NCBI GenBank assembly: GCA_016840095.1
Contig: JAEOSZ010000084.1
Span: 1-12,153, forward strand
Direction: 5' to 3'
Origin: Candidatus Heimdallarchaeota archaeon
GTDB taxonomy: Archaea > Asgardarchaeota > Heimdallarchaeia > Heimdallarchaeales > Heimdallarchaeaceae
DNA: 12,153 bases
A program made the position numbers and the translations under genes. A model generated the notes under the pieces. The model had not been told where the DNA came from, searched no databases, and saw only the letters and a program-made list of their open reading frames with translations. Positions 1 through 7,713 of this stretch are shown one piece after another (positions within the stretch are counted from its first letter, which is position 1; each line of letters opens with the position of its first letter).

Positions 1-141
1 ATAAAATGCACCGATAAAGCCTTCATCTTCGATTGTTTGAAGATAACCTTCCTTTTGTAAACCTTCTCGTGCAAAAGCTTCTTTATTCAATGCTTCAAAT
101 TGAATCCAATCTTTTTCATTGAATTTTCTGAACTCAAGCAT
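1..141 (-). CDS. 5' part of a probable GNAT-family N-acetyltransferase (runs off the left edge)
   Basis: My translation from ATG at 141: MLEFRKFNEKDWIQFEALNKEAFAREGLQKEGYLQTIEDEGFIGAFY, open to position 1. The N-terminus (xxFRxxxxxDxxxxxxLxxEAF) is typical of GNAT beta1-alpha1. TATA-like TTTTATTA at 165-172. Acetyl-CoA motif A lies outside the window. Confidence 0.6.
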   Translation of the reverse strand, partial: MLEFRKFNEKDWIQFEALNKEAFAREGLQKEGYLQTIEDEGFIGAFY

Positions 142-190
142 AATAATACTTCAGTATAATTTACTAATAAAATAGTTTTGATGAAAAGGA

Positions 191-526
191 TTAAATTCCT
201 TCTATCTTGAAATCTTCTCCAAATTCCATTTCATCTTCTGTAATTTCAACTACCATTCGTGATAATTGTTTATACATTTCAAAATACTGATATCCTCTAG
301 TTGTGCTCTTATATATTATTGAAGGTCTTTTCTTAGGATTTTCGAATTTTACCATAAGACCTCTTGATAGCATGAATTGAACAATACTTTTTGCCCGATC
401 TATAGGTAAATTTGCTCTTCTAGCAATTTGAGAAATACCAGCTTCCCCATAATATTGTAAAGCGGAAATTATTTCTGCATAGATGTCATATCTAGTTCTG
501 TTGCTTACTGGCATTTCTATCAACAT
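191..526 (-). CDS. Archaeal winged helix-turn-helix transcriptional regulator (HTH_45/ArnR1-like)
   Basis: RTRYDIYAEII...ISQIARRANL...MLSRGL...YKSTTRGYQY fits the archaeal wHTH pattern RxxxxIxxxIL...TxIxxxxNL...LxxxGL...YxxTxKG. Acidic C-terminal tail. An alternative start at 514 is possible. Confidence 0.8.
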   Translation of the reverse strand: MLIEMPVSNRTRYDIYAEIISALQYYGEAGISQIARRANLPIDRAKSIVQFMLSRGLMVKFENPKKRPSIIYKSTTRGYQYFEMYKQLSRMVVEITEDEMEFGEDFKIEGI

Positions 527-549
527 TTAGTAGTTAAGAAATTGGTTTT

Positions 550-578
550 AAAAAGATTGGGCCTCCTATGAAGCCCAA
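550..578 (-). terminator. Hairpin plus U-tract terminator after the bactofilin-like gene
   Basis: Minus-strand RNA UUGGGCUUC-AUAG-GAGGCCCAA (9-bp stem with one G-U) followed by UCUUUUU, 24 nt downstream of the stop codon at 603-605. Confidence 0.6.
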
Positions 579-602
579 GCTTCTCAAATAGGTTTGCTTA
601 AA

Positions 603-1799
603 TTATTTATACTTCGCGGAGGGGTCAGCATCAATGTCTTTTGCTTCAAGTTTCCCAACTTTAGAATCTTCACCAAGTTTGACCTTATTGGCAATAATGT
701 GATCTACGCGTCCACCATCGTCTACAACAACTGTATCAGCTTTCACAATCCCTCTTACTCTGGAATCTTCTCCAACATATACATACTTGGCTGAAGTTTC
801 CTCAGCAATTAAACCGCCTTCAACTTTGATTTCATTTGCTTCAAGCATTATGGCAGTTAATGATCCATTAACCTCTAAATCTCCTTCTAATTTCAAATCT
901 CCATCAGCTTTGGTTGAACCATTAACCTTTAGCTCAGTTCCAAAAGCATTTCCATTAATCTTGAATGCACCATTAACTTCGATTTTGTTGAATTTGAAAT
1001 TATCTCCAACAGTAGTAGCTCCATTTATAGTTAGATTTTGAACTACTGATTCATCTCCAAAACCACATGCACCATTACAACTGACAACTGGTGATACAAC
1101 ACTTCCTGTACATTTAAAGGAACCACTAACATTTAGCACCCTCTCTGCTTTGGAACTTTCCATTCTTGCAGAGCCACTAATTTCTGCAGTTTTTGAGATT
1201 AGTTCATAACATCTCAAGGAACCACTTACATCCACCTCAGGAACTTCTAATATACCTTCAATTTTGGCTGAACCTGATAGTTGAAATTCTTCACTTGCAG
1301 ATACGTTAGCTTGAGCTTTTAAAGATCCATTAACTTCAAGTTCTTCTGTGATTATATCCATACCATGTTTAGCTGAACCGTTTATTTCATATTCATTGAT
1401 CTTTGCTAAACCATGAACAACACAAGAACCATTAATCTCTACATCATCACCTGTAAGATCTTTATCAACTTCTAAAGCTCCATCTATATTAGCTGATTCA
1501 CATTCTAAAGAACCAACAACGATAAGTTTAGAACCATTTCTTGAACCACGACTATCCACTCTCACTTCTTGAGTTTTAACATCACCATCAATTTCAAGAT
1601 AACCATTAGAATGCCTAATTTCTGTAGATTTAACTGAACCATGAATTAGTACATCTCCTCTACTGATCAATTTACCCTTAATTGTTAATTCCTCAACACT
1701 TTTTGGAATATTTATTGTTGCTCCATCTAGTACTTCTAAATCCCCATCAACGTGGGTTAAGTCTATCTCTTCGTCTTCTTTGACTACTGTTTTTCCCAT
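603..1799 (-). CDS. Long bactofilin-like (polymer-forming cytoskeletal family) beta-helix protein
   Basis: The whole 398 aa consists of ~16-18-aa repeats such as VEINGSCVVHGLAKINE, LEVNGSLKAQANVSASEE, VDVSGSLRCYELISKT, IEVNGAFKINGNAFGTE. The C-terminal VYVGEDSRVRG...VKLGEDSKVGK is bactofilin-like. No signal peptide or TM segment. SD GGTGA at 1806-1810. Confidence 0.8.
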   Translation of the reverse strand: MGKTVVKEDEEIDLTHVDGDLEVLDGATINIPKSVEELTIKGKLISRGDVLIHGSVKSTEIRHSNGYLEIDGDVKTQEVRVDSRGSRNGSKLIVVGSLECESANIDGALEVDKDLTGDDVEINGSCVVHGLAKINEYEINGSAKHGMDIITEELEVNGSLKAQANVSASEEFQLSGSAKIEGILEVPEVDVSGSLRCYELISKTAEISGSARMESSKAERVLNVSGSFKCTGSVVSPVVSCNGACGFGDESVVQNLTINGATTVGDNFKFNKIEVNGAFKINGNAFGTELKVNGSTKADGDLKLEGDLEVNGSLTAIMLEANEIKVEGGLIAEETSAKYVYVGEDSRVRGIVKADTVVVDDGGRVDHIIANKVKLGEDSKVGKLEAKDIDADPSAKYK

Positions 1800-1805
1800 T
1801 CATAA

Positions 1806-1852
1806 TCACCTGACTACTTGTTTCTAAAAAATTACTCTCTTCTATATTTAAA
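1806..1852 (-). promoter_or_regulatory. TATA box (TTTAAATA, 1845-1852) and archaeal SD (GGTGA, 1806-1810) of the bactofilin-like gene
   Basis: Minus strand reads ...ctttTTTAAATAtagagag...gtcaGGTGAttatgaATG. Confidence 0.6.
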
Positions 1853-1859
1853 AAGAAAC

Positions 1860-1874
1860 GACACAAGTTGTGAC
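1860..1874. promoter_or_regulatory. Palindromic putative operator GACACAAGTTGTGAC
   Basis: G-n-CACAA-g-TTGTG-n-C inverted repeat 7 nt upstream of the TATA box. Confidence 0.4.
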
Positions 1875-1932
1875 CAAAAAGTGTACCCAAGATATTATCA
1901 AAAGAAGTGAAAAATGCAAAAAAATAGGATTT

Positions 1933-3750
1933 TTAGTCTGTCTGTGAAGCTAGGGAATCAGCTGTAGATTTAACTATCTTCTCTTCCCAGAGCCTTCTCA
2001 TCTCTGCACTAGTTTCTAATAGATCATCTAATTTACCTTGAGAATCTATTTTTCCATCTTTGAGAACAATAACATTATCTGCTCTACGCAGTGCAATTGG
2101 TCTGTGAGAAACGGCCAAACAAGTTGAAACCCCACTTCTTTCAAATACTCTTTTCCATAGTTTCTGTTCAGTTTCAACATCAAGGGCACTTGAAAGATCA
2201 TCAAAGATATAGATTTCTGAATCTCTAGCAAACATTCTAGCAGCTGCCAAACGTTGTCGTTGACCTCCAGATAATTTAACTCCTTTTGGACCAATTACTG
2301 TATCCAATCTATTTTCAAATTCTTCTACTTCTTTTTCGATTACAGCTAGTTTCAAAGCTCCTTCGATATCTACTGATTCCTCAGGTAATCCCATAAGGAT
2401 GTTTTCTTTGACTGTTTCACTAAAAAGTCGTGGAACCTGTGATGTAAACGCTGTTATTGGTGGTACGAAGAAATCATCTGGTTTTTCAACTTCTTTTCCA
2501 TTCCATATTAGTGCGCCTTCATCTTTAGGCAACAACCCAATTAAGGTTCGTAGAAGAGTTGTTTTTCCTGAACCAATTCTTCCTGTGATAACGATGAAAG
2601 ATCCTTTAGCAATTGAAAAATTGATATCTTTAATTCCTTTGTCGGAATCAGGATAAGTATAAGATAAATTCTTCACTTCGAAATTAATTAATTTATTCTC
2701 TTCTTTAATTGACAAGGCTGGAATTTTTGGATAGGATTCTTTGATGTAAATTGGGCCATGTCTTACTAAGTTAAATTCTGTAACATCTGGATCTTCACTC
2801 TTGATTAGTTTAAACATTCTCTCAAGTGAAACCTTAGTACGAATATATCTAGGAACTAAATCTCCCATATTCCAGATGAACTCTCCTAATTCCCCTAGAA
2901 GTCCAATGAAAAATGCTAAATCACCTATAGAGAACATAGCTCCTTGCATGTTTTTTACAACAAGTAAAAGGATTGTTCCTATAGCTAAATAGACAGTAAC
3001 ATAGTAAATAGAGTGAAGTAATCGATGGAAGAATTCATCCTTTACTTCAGCAATTCTCCTCTCTCGGTTAATTTCACCGAAGTATTTTAACACGTTATCT
3101 TCAGCTGTTGCAACCTTAATAGATTGAACTGATCTAAAGATTTCTCCAATTGTACGTGTTACTGCACCTGCTGCTTTTCTACGAGCTTTTCTTAACTTAG
3201 TAAATACTGGCCTTGTAAAGAAGACAAGTATCATCATAAATATGAAGGGGATGCCTACAAATATTGTTACTTTCCAGTTAATGTCTCCCATTAAATAGAA
3301 TGAAATTCCAGTGAATATTCCTAAACTAAAGAAGGAAGTAAGATGATATACAAACCACATAACTTCCTCAATATCTCCTCTGAATCTAGAAACAGCTTCA
3401 CCCGGAGAATCTGGAAGAGCAACTGCTCCAGGCTTTTTGAAGATACCAAGTAGCATGTTTCTTCTTATTAATACCCTACTAGCTAGTACGAAAACCCACA
3501 TCGTGAATATAAAAACGAAATCTCCAACAAGTCTCAAACTAAGAGTCATAGGTAGCACTAAGAGCACTAGAATCCAGATATTCACATCAATATTCCAACC
3601 AGGAATTCCTTCTAGTTTATTGAAAATTTCTCTTATCACTATCGCTGCAGCTAAAGGCTGAATGAAGAACACTATATCTGAGAGAAATCCTGCAAAAACC
3701 AAACCTGGTTTATATTTAATGGCTTTCCAAGCTACTCCAAGTACTCTCAT
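1933..3750 (-). CDS. ABC exporter half-transporter (TMD-NBD), subunit with non-canonical Walker B
   Basis: N-terminal TM domain with [10 protein letters not shown]. Walker [11 protein letters not shown]-loop SQ, signature LSGGQRQR, Walker B IYIFDD, D-loop SALD, switch SHR. ATGA overlap with the upstream gene at 3747-3750. Confidence 0.95.
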   Translation of the reverse strand: MRVLGVAWKAIKYKPGLVFAGFLSDIVFFIQPLAAAIVIREIFNKLEGIPGWNIDVNIWILVLLVLPMTLSLRLVGDFVFIFTMWVFVLASRVLIRRNMLLGIFKKPGAVALPDSPGEAVSRFRGDIEEVMWFVYHLTSFFSLGIFTGISFYLMGDINWKVTIFVGIPFIFMMILVFFTRPVFTKLRKARRKAAGAVTRTIGEIFRSVQSIKVATAEDNVLKYFGEINRERRIAEVKDEFFHRLLHSIYYVTVYLAIGTILLLVVKNMQGAMFSIGDLAFFIGLLGELGEFIWNMGDLVPRYIRTKVSLERMFKLIKSEDPDVTEFNLVRHGPIYIKESYPKIPALSIKEENKLINFEVKNLSYTYPDSDKGIKDINFSIAKGSFIVITGRIGSGKTTLLRTLIGLLPKDEGALIWNGKEVEKPDDFFVPPITAFTSQVPRLFSETVKENILMGLPEESVDIEGALKLAVIEKEVEEFENRLDTVIGPKGVKLSGGQRQRLAAARMFARDSEIYIFDDLSSALDVETEQKLWKRVFERSGVSTCLAVSHRPIALRRADNVIVLKDGKIDSQGKLDDLLETSAEMRRLWEEKIVKSTADSLASQTD

Positions 3751-5564
3751 TTTAACAACTCCTCAATTTCTCCGGTTTGTAGCAAATGATAAAATTTAGA
3801 TTGTGTATTTTTTGCTAAGACCTCTCTTTTTCCATATTCGATAATTTTGCCTTTATCAATGATTAAGATGTCATCAACTTTTTCTAGAGTTGCTAAACGA
3901 TGAGCAATTATTATCCCAGTTCTATTAATGAGTAGTTTCTCAATTGCTTGATCAAGCAGATGTTCTGTAGCAGGATCTAATCTTGATGATGCTTCATCTA
4001 AAACCACCAAATTTGGACTCTTGATAAAAACTCTAGCTAAAGCCAATAATTGTGCTTCTCCAGCTGAAATTCCTTGTTCACTTGAAGATATTATTGTGTC
4101 TAAACCTTCAGGAAGTTTCTCTAACCAATTACCTAATCCTATATCAAGTAATATAGATTCAATTCTAATATCTGGTATTCTATTATCAAATAAAGTCACA
4201 TTTTCTCTTACAGATGCTTGGAACAGCTCTACATTTTGTGTAACATATGAAATTTTATCCCTTAAATCAGGAAGAGAAATATCAGTGATTTTTATATCAT
4301 TTAACCTAATATCTCCTTCAGTGGGTTTAGCATCATATAATCTGAAGATAAGTCGTGATATTGTGGTCTTTCCTGAACCTGTGTGACCAACAATCCCTAG
4401 GGTTTGCCCTGGCTCAAGTTTGAAGGAGATATCATTAAGCACATAATCATCTTCAACATAGGCGAAGCTAAGATCATTGAATTCAATAGCTAAAGGACCT
4501 CCAGAAAGTGTTTGATCTCCTGTATCATGAATTTTGGTTTCCATGTCGAATAGTTTATTGATTCTATCAATTGATGCCCCTGCTCGTTGTAGGTCTTGCA
4601 TCTGTCTTGTTATAACAAATATGGGTCTAAGTAAAATTCCGGCAAATACCTGAATCAAGAATACTGTACCTAGAGATAATACACCTGCTTTAACTAAAGG
4701 GATACTAGGTGCAAAGATTAGAGTGTTGATAAGTGCTATTACTCCCCAGATAGCCATTACAAAAACTTGACCTCTATACAATGCTCTGCGAAAAGCTTTG
4801 AAATCCTTTCTTGAAGCATCATAGAACTTGCGCATAGAGTTTTTTATACCATCATTGGCTCGTATATCTTCTATTGCACTTAGACTTTCTTCAATAGTTC
4901 CATACATATCTGCACTTGTTTGTCTTTGATCTTCCCAAGCCTTGACAGAGAAGTTCCTTAAAACATACATTACAACAATAGCCAATAGAGTGAAAGCTGT
5001 AAAGGATAAACCAATTATCCAATGTTTAGTGAAAAGGACAGCTAAAGATCCAATTATTACCAATAACGAAGTGACCAATTGAACTGCAAATTGTGATAGA
5101 AATGTAGCTAGTGTATTTACGTCACCATCAATTCTTTCAATCATCTCTCCTGGTTTATGCTCGTTATGAAAGGTCATATCTAAACTAACGCAATGGTTAG
5201 TTAGATCAAATCTCAGCATATTGGTTGCTGACCAAGAAAGACTTTGACTTAGGTAAACAGATCCTAAAGTAATAACTTGTTGGATTACCATCAAAATAAT
5301 ATAAGCGATAGCCAAGAGTATGAGAACCCTAGTAACAGTGTTAATACTTACTAAGGGAATTTGCATTCCTTCCCAATAAAAACCAACATCTTGTAAAGGA
5401 ACACCTCTAGTTGCTAAATTGATGAAGCTTTCAATAACTAAAGGGGAGAAGATTAGAAGAGAGGTTCCACTAGCCAATAGAAGGGCTAACAATAGCACTC
5501 TTTTCTTGAAAGGTGCAAGGTACTTTTTCTGTACATCCCAGTATTTTTGTAGTGGAACTTTCAT
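3747..5564 (-). CDS. ABC exporter half-transporter (TMD-NBD), subunit with degenerate signature
   Basis: TM domain with [11 protein letters not shown]. Walker [11 protein letters not shown]-loop TQ, signature ISAGEAQ, Walker B VVLDE, D-loop SRLD, switch AHRL. Confidence 0.95.
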   Translation of the reverse strand: MKVPLQKYWDVQKKYLAPFKKRVLLLALLLASGTSLLIFSPLVIESFINLATRGVPLQDVGFYWEGMQIPLVSINTVTRVLILLAIAYIILMVIQQVITLGSVYLSQSLSWSATNMLRFDLTNHCVSLDMTFHNEHKPGEMIERIDGDVNTLATFLSQFAVQLVTSLLVIIGSLAVLFTKHWIIGLSFTAFTLLAIVVMYVLRNFSVKAWEDQRQTSADMYGTIEESLSAIEDIRANDGIKNSMRKFYDASRKDFKAFRRALYRGQVFVMAIWGVIALINTLIFAPSIPLVKAGVLSLGTVFLIQVFAGILLRPIFVITRQMQDLQRAGASIDRINKLFDMETKIHDTGDQTLSGGPLAIEFNDLSFAYVEDDYVLNDISFKLEPGQTLGIVGHTGSGKTTISRLIFRLYDAKPTEGDIRLNDIKITDISLPDLRDKISYVTQNVELFQASVRENVTLFDNRIPDIRIESILLDIGLGNWLEKLPEGLDTIISSSEQGISAGEAQLLALARVFIKSPNLVVLDEASSRLDPATEHLLDQAIEKLLINRTGIIIAHRLATLEKVDDILIIDKGKIIEYGKREVLAKNTQSKFYHLLQTGEIEELLK

Positions 5565-5590
5565 GGTCTTGGTTATCCAACTTAAGAGAC

Positions 5591-5598
5591 CTTATAAA
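5591..5598 (-). promoter_or_regulatory. TATA box of the ABC operon (likely leaderless transcript)
   Basis: TTTATAAG 26 nt upstream of ATG 5564, with no SD in between. Confidence 0.6.
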
Positions 5599-5614
5599 TT
5601 TAATCAAAAACGAT

Positions 5615-5643
5615 AAAAAAAAGACTCTTGCATTTGCAAGAGT
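5615..5643 (-). terminator. Hairpin plus U8 terminator immediately after the DUF2834-like gene
   Basis: Minus-strand RNA UAA-ACUCUUGC-AAAU-GCAAGAGU-CUUUUUUUU: perfect 8-bp stem starting right after the stop codon. Confidence 0.7.
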
Positions 5644-6369
5644 TTACTGTTCAGGTAATCGTGGTCTCATACTTAGGTAAAGAAAACTACCAAACAAGGG
5701 TATACAGAATAAAATGAATAGTTTCCAATTGTTCCAATTCCTTCGTTTCATGTCACTCCAAATGACTATTGGAAAGAATAAGGTTAACAATGCAAAGTCT
5801 ATTGTTGATAATTGTATGAGTCTGACATTTAGAAAGCTATCTACAAATACTCCCCATTTCCCATAAATGCTTGCTGCAATTATTCCGTACATAACTATTG
5901 CTCTACCTAATTCTGATAAAATGATACCTAAGATACGTGAATCAATTATTTTGATAAATAGTGATTTCTTAGTTTTGAGTTTCTTTTTTCTTACTCCTCT
6001 TACTGCAAAGTATGGCATCATTAAATACATGCCTAATCCAAACGAACCTAATACAAAAGGCCATGATGGAATGAATCTTTCTCTATTTTCCACTAAAAGA
6101 ATTACTGCATAAAGTAACGCCCAAACTCCTACCATCATGAAGATACTCCATTCTATTGGATTAGATTTTCCATATGCTATGGTGAAATCACCAAATCCCG
6201 GATCTCCAGGTTGTTTCGAAGGAGCCCATATAAACATGTAAAGTAGAACTCCAATCCAAACTACTAAAAACAATAAGTTTGGAGTTAGAAAATCTTTCCA
6301 AGGAACTTTGAAATCTTTGAGTAGGTTTCTTTGTTTTTGTTCAGTTATTTCTGGTTCTGAATTTTCCAT
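5644..6369 (-). CDS. Multi-pass membrane protein, DUF2834-like family
   Basis: About 6-7 hydrophobic segments. Motifs YxFIWAP, NPxxWxIFxxVGVW, IPSWPFxLGSFxLGxYxxMPYFAVR, DSR, DFxLL, DMKRR and IPLFGxxLYLxxRP match my recollection of this family. SD GGAG at 6378-6381. Confidence 0.65.
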   Translation of the reverse strand: MENSEPEITEQKQRNLLKDFKVPWKDFLTPNLLFLVVWIGVLLYMFIWAPSKQPGDPGFGDFTIAYGKSNPIEWSIFMMVGVWALLYAVILLVENRERFIPSWPFVLGSFGLGMYLMMPYFAVRGVRKKKLKTKKSLFIKIIDSRILGIILSELGRAIVMYGIIAASIYGKWGVFVDSFLNVRLIQLSTIDFALLTLFFPIVIWSDMKRRNWNNWKLFILFCIPLFGSFLYLSMRPRLPEQ

Positions 6370-6397
6370 TTTTAATTCTCCGTATGAGATTTAATTG

Positions 6398-7036
6398 TCA
6401 TGTGTTGAATGCTCTGTCTCCTGCATCTCCTAAGCCTGGAACAATGTAGCCCTTATCATTCAGTTTATTGTCGACTGCTCCAGTTACGATAATCGACTCA
6501 GGAAATTCTTCATGAATTCTATCGATTCCGTATTGTGATGCAATTGCGCATAAGATGATAATTTTGAGAGGTTCTTTGTTTTTAATTTCTCTAAGCGTAA
6601 ATAATAGGGTAGAACCGCTAGCAATCATCGGATCAATTACTATGGCAATTTTATCATCAAGATGAGGGATATTACCATATAAAGAATGAATTTGAAACTC
6701 TTTTCCATCCTTTTGTAGTTGTTTTCCTCTTGATGCGGAAATTATTCCTACTTGGGCTCTGTCAAATACCTCTAACACTCCCTCAGACATAGGTACTGCA
6801 GCTCTCAAAATAGTAATAATCACAATGTTATCCTTGATTCTCTTAAAATCAGCTGTTCCTAAAGGAGTTTCAATTGAGACTTCTTCAGTATCTAGGAATC
6901 TTGAAGCTTCATACGCTAGATATTTGCCAATTTGCTGAAGATTTCTTCTAAAATCTGCAGGTATTGTCTCTTTATTTCTTATTTTTCCTAGGATTTCAGA
7001 AATAAGGACATTCCTCTCACTACCATTAATTAGCAT
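6398..7036 (-). CDS. upp: Uracil phosphoribosyltransferase
   Basis: IRNKET...FRR...LAYE, ETPL, ILRAA, PRPP-binding IDPMIASGST, and uracil-binding C-terminus YIVPGLGDAGDR. Confidence 0.95.
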   Translation of the reverse strand: MLINGSERNVLISEILGKIRNKETIPADFRRNLQQIGKYLAYEASRFLDTEEVSIETPLGTADFKRIKDNIVIITILRAAVPMSEGVLEVFDRAQVGIISASRGKQLQKDGKEFQIHSLYGNIPHLDDKIAIVIDPMIASGSTLLFTLREIKNKEPLKIIILCAIASQYGIDRIHEEFPESIIVTGAVDNKLNDKGYIVPGLGDAGDRAFNT

Positions 7037-7117
7037 CCAAAACTACTATTTGCTGGCTAGAATAAATATCTTGTTCAAAAACAAGCATTTTGCTTATCTT
7101 TAATCTTCAATGATTTC

Positions 7118-7711
7118 TTATTTTTTCCTAATTTTTGGGAATAAAGTTCCTGTAGTTTTTTGATATTCCCTATATGAATCTCCAAATCTTCTGATTAGAT
7201 CTTTTTCCTCAAAGTATATCATTATTGGTGTATAAATAACAATGAAAACAGTTAGTAAAATAACAAGGAACCAAGAGTTTAGAGCCAAACCAAGAGCTGG
7301 GAACATAGGTAACTCACCAGCAGTTTGAGGGTGTCTAATATGATTGTAAATCCCCCCATACATCTCAGTTTCTTTGGAAGGAGATAGAGTTTCTTTTCCT
7401 GCATCTTTTACACCTATATAAATTAAAACTCCTCCTGGTATGAATATTGCTAAACTTAATACTAAACCTAACCACCATAGATTGAAGATTCTCCAATCAA
7501 GAGCGGGAATCGGGAACCATATCCAGAGAATAGGAGTTACGACTGCTATCAGTTCAAAGAAAGAAGCGACTAACCTTAGATTCTTACAAAAAATCCATGC
7601 CTTATCTCCCATTTTTTCACTCAGTTTAGCTGGTCTGAGACTAAAAAAATATATCACTGAAAAGAGGAAGAGAGACGAAACAAACAATGCTAGGTTTATC
7701 CACTCATACAT
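7118..7711 (-). CDS. Isoprenylcysteine carboxyl methyltransferase / phospholipid methyltransferase (ICMT/PEMT) family membrane protein
   Basis: GIYNHIRHPQ (GxYxxxRHPxY-like, Y replaced by T) and EEKDLIRRFGDSYREYQKTT...FP, with several TM segments. Starts 2 nt after the upstream stop. Confidence 0.85.
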   Translation of the reverse strand: MYEWINLALFVSSLFLFSVIYFFSLRPAKLSEKMGDKAWIFCKNLRLVASFFELIAVVTPILWIWFPIPALDWRIFNLWWLGLVLSLAIFIPGGVLIYIGVKDAGKETLSPSKETEMYGGIYNHIRHPQTAGELPMFPALGLALNSWFLVILLTVFIVIYTPIMIYFEEKDLIRRFGDSYREYQKTTGTLFPKIRKK

Positions 7712-7713
7712 AT

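Noticed and set aside
594-1041. Plus-strand ORFs 594-794 and 787-1041
   Set aside because: Antisense shadows of the bactofilin-like gene, with TTG starts and no recognisable motifs.
860-1440. Recurrent DNA words (ccattaac, gaacca) at ~51-bp spacing, superficially array-like
   Set aside because: They are the codons of the repeated xNGS/xSGS protein rungs. There is no conserved 25-40-bp repeat with unique spacers, so this is not CRISPR.
1933-5564. Both ABC subunits are exactly 605 aa, suggesting a recent duplication
   Set aside because: The sequences are highly divergent with different motifs, and ~600 aa is normal for TMD-NBD half-transporters. Coincidence.
5565-5591. GGTCT...AGACC inverted repeat in the ABC promoter (and similar AGGAT...ATCCT at ~8717-8739)
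   Set aside because: Only 5-bp arms with different sequences and spacers, which is expected by chance.
2046-5616. Short ORFs 2046-2294 (-), 2399-2656, 2801-2992, 3437-3661, 4021-4386, 5419-5616 (+)
   Set aside because: All lie within or antisense to the well-supported ABC genes and have no independent support.
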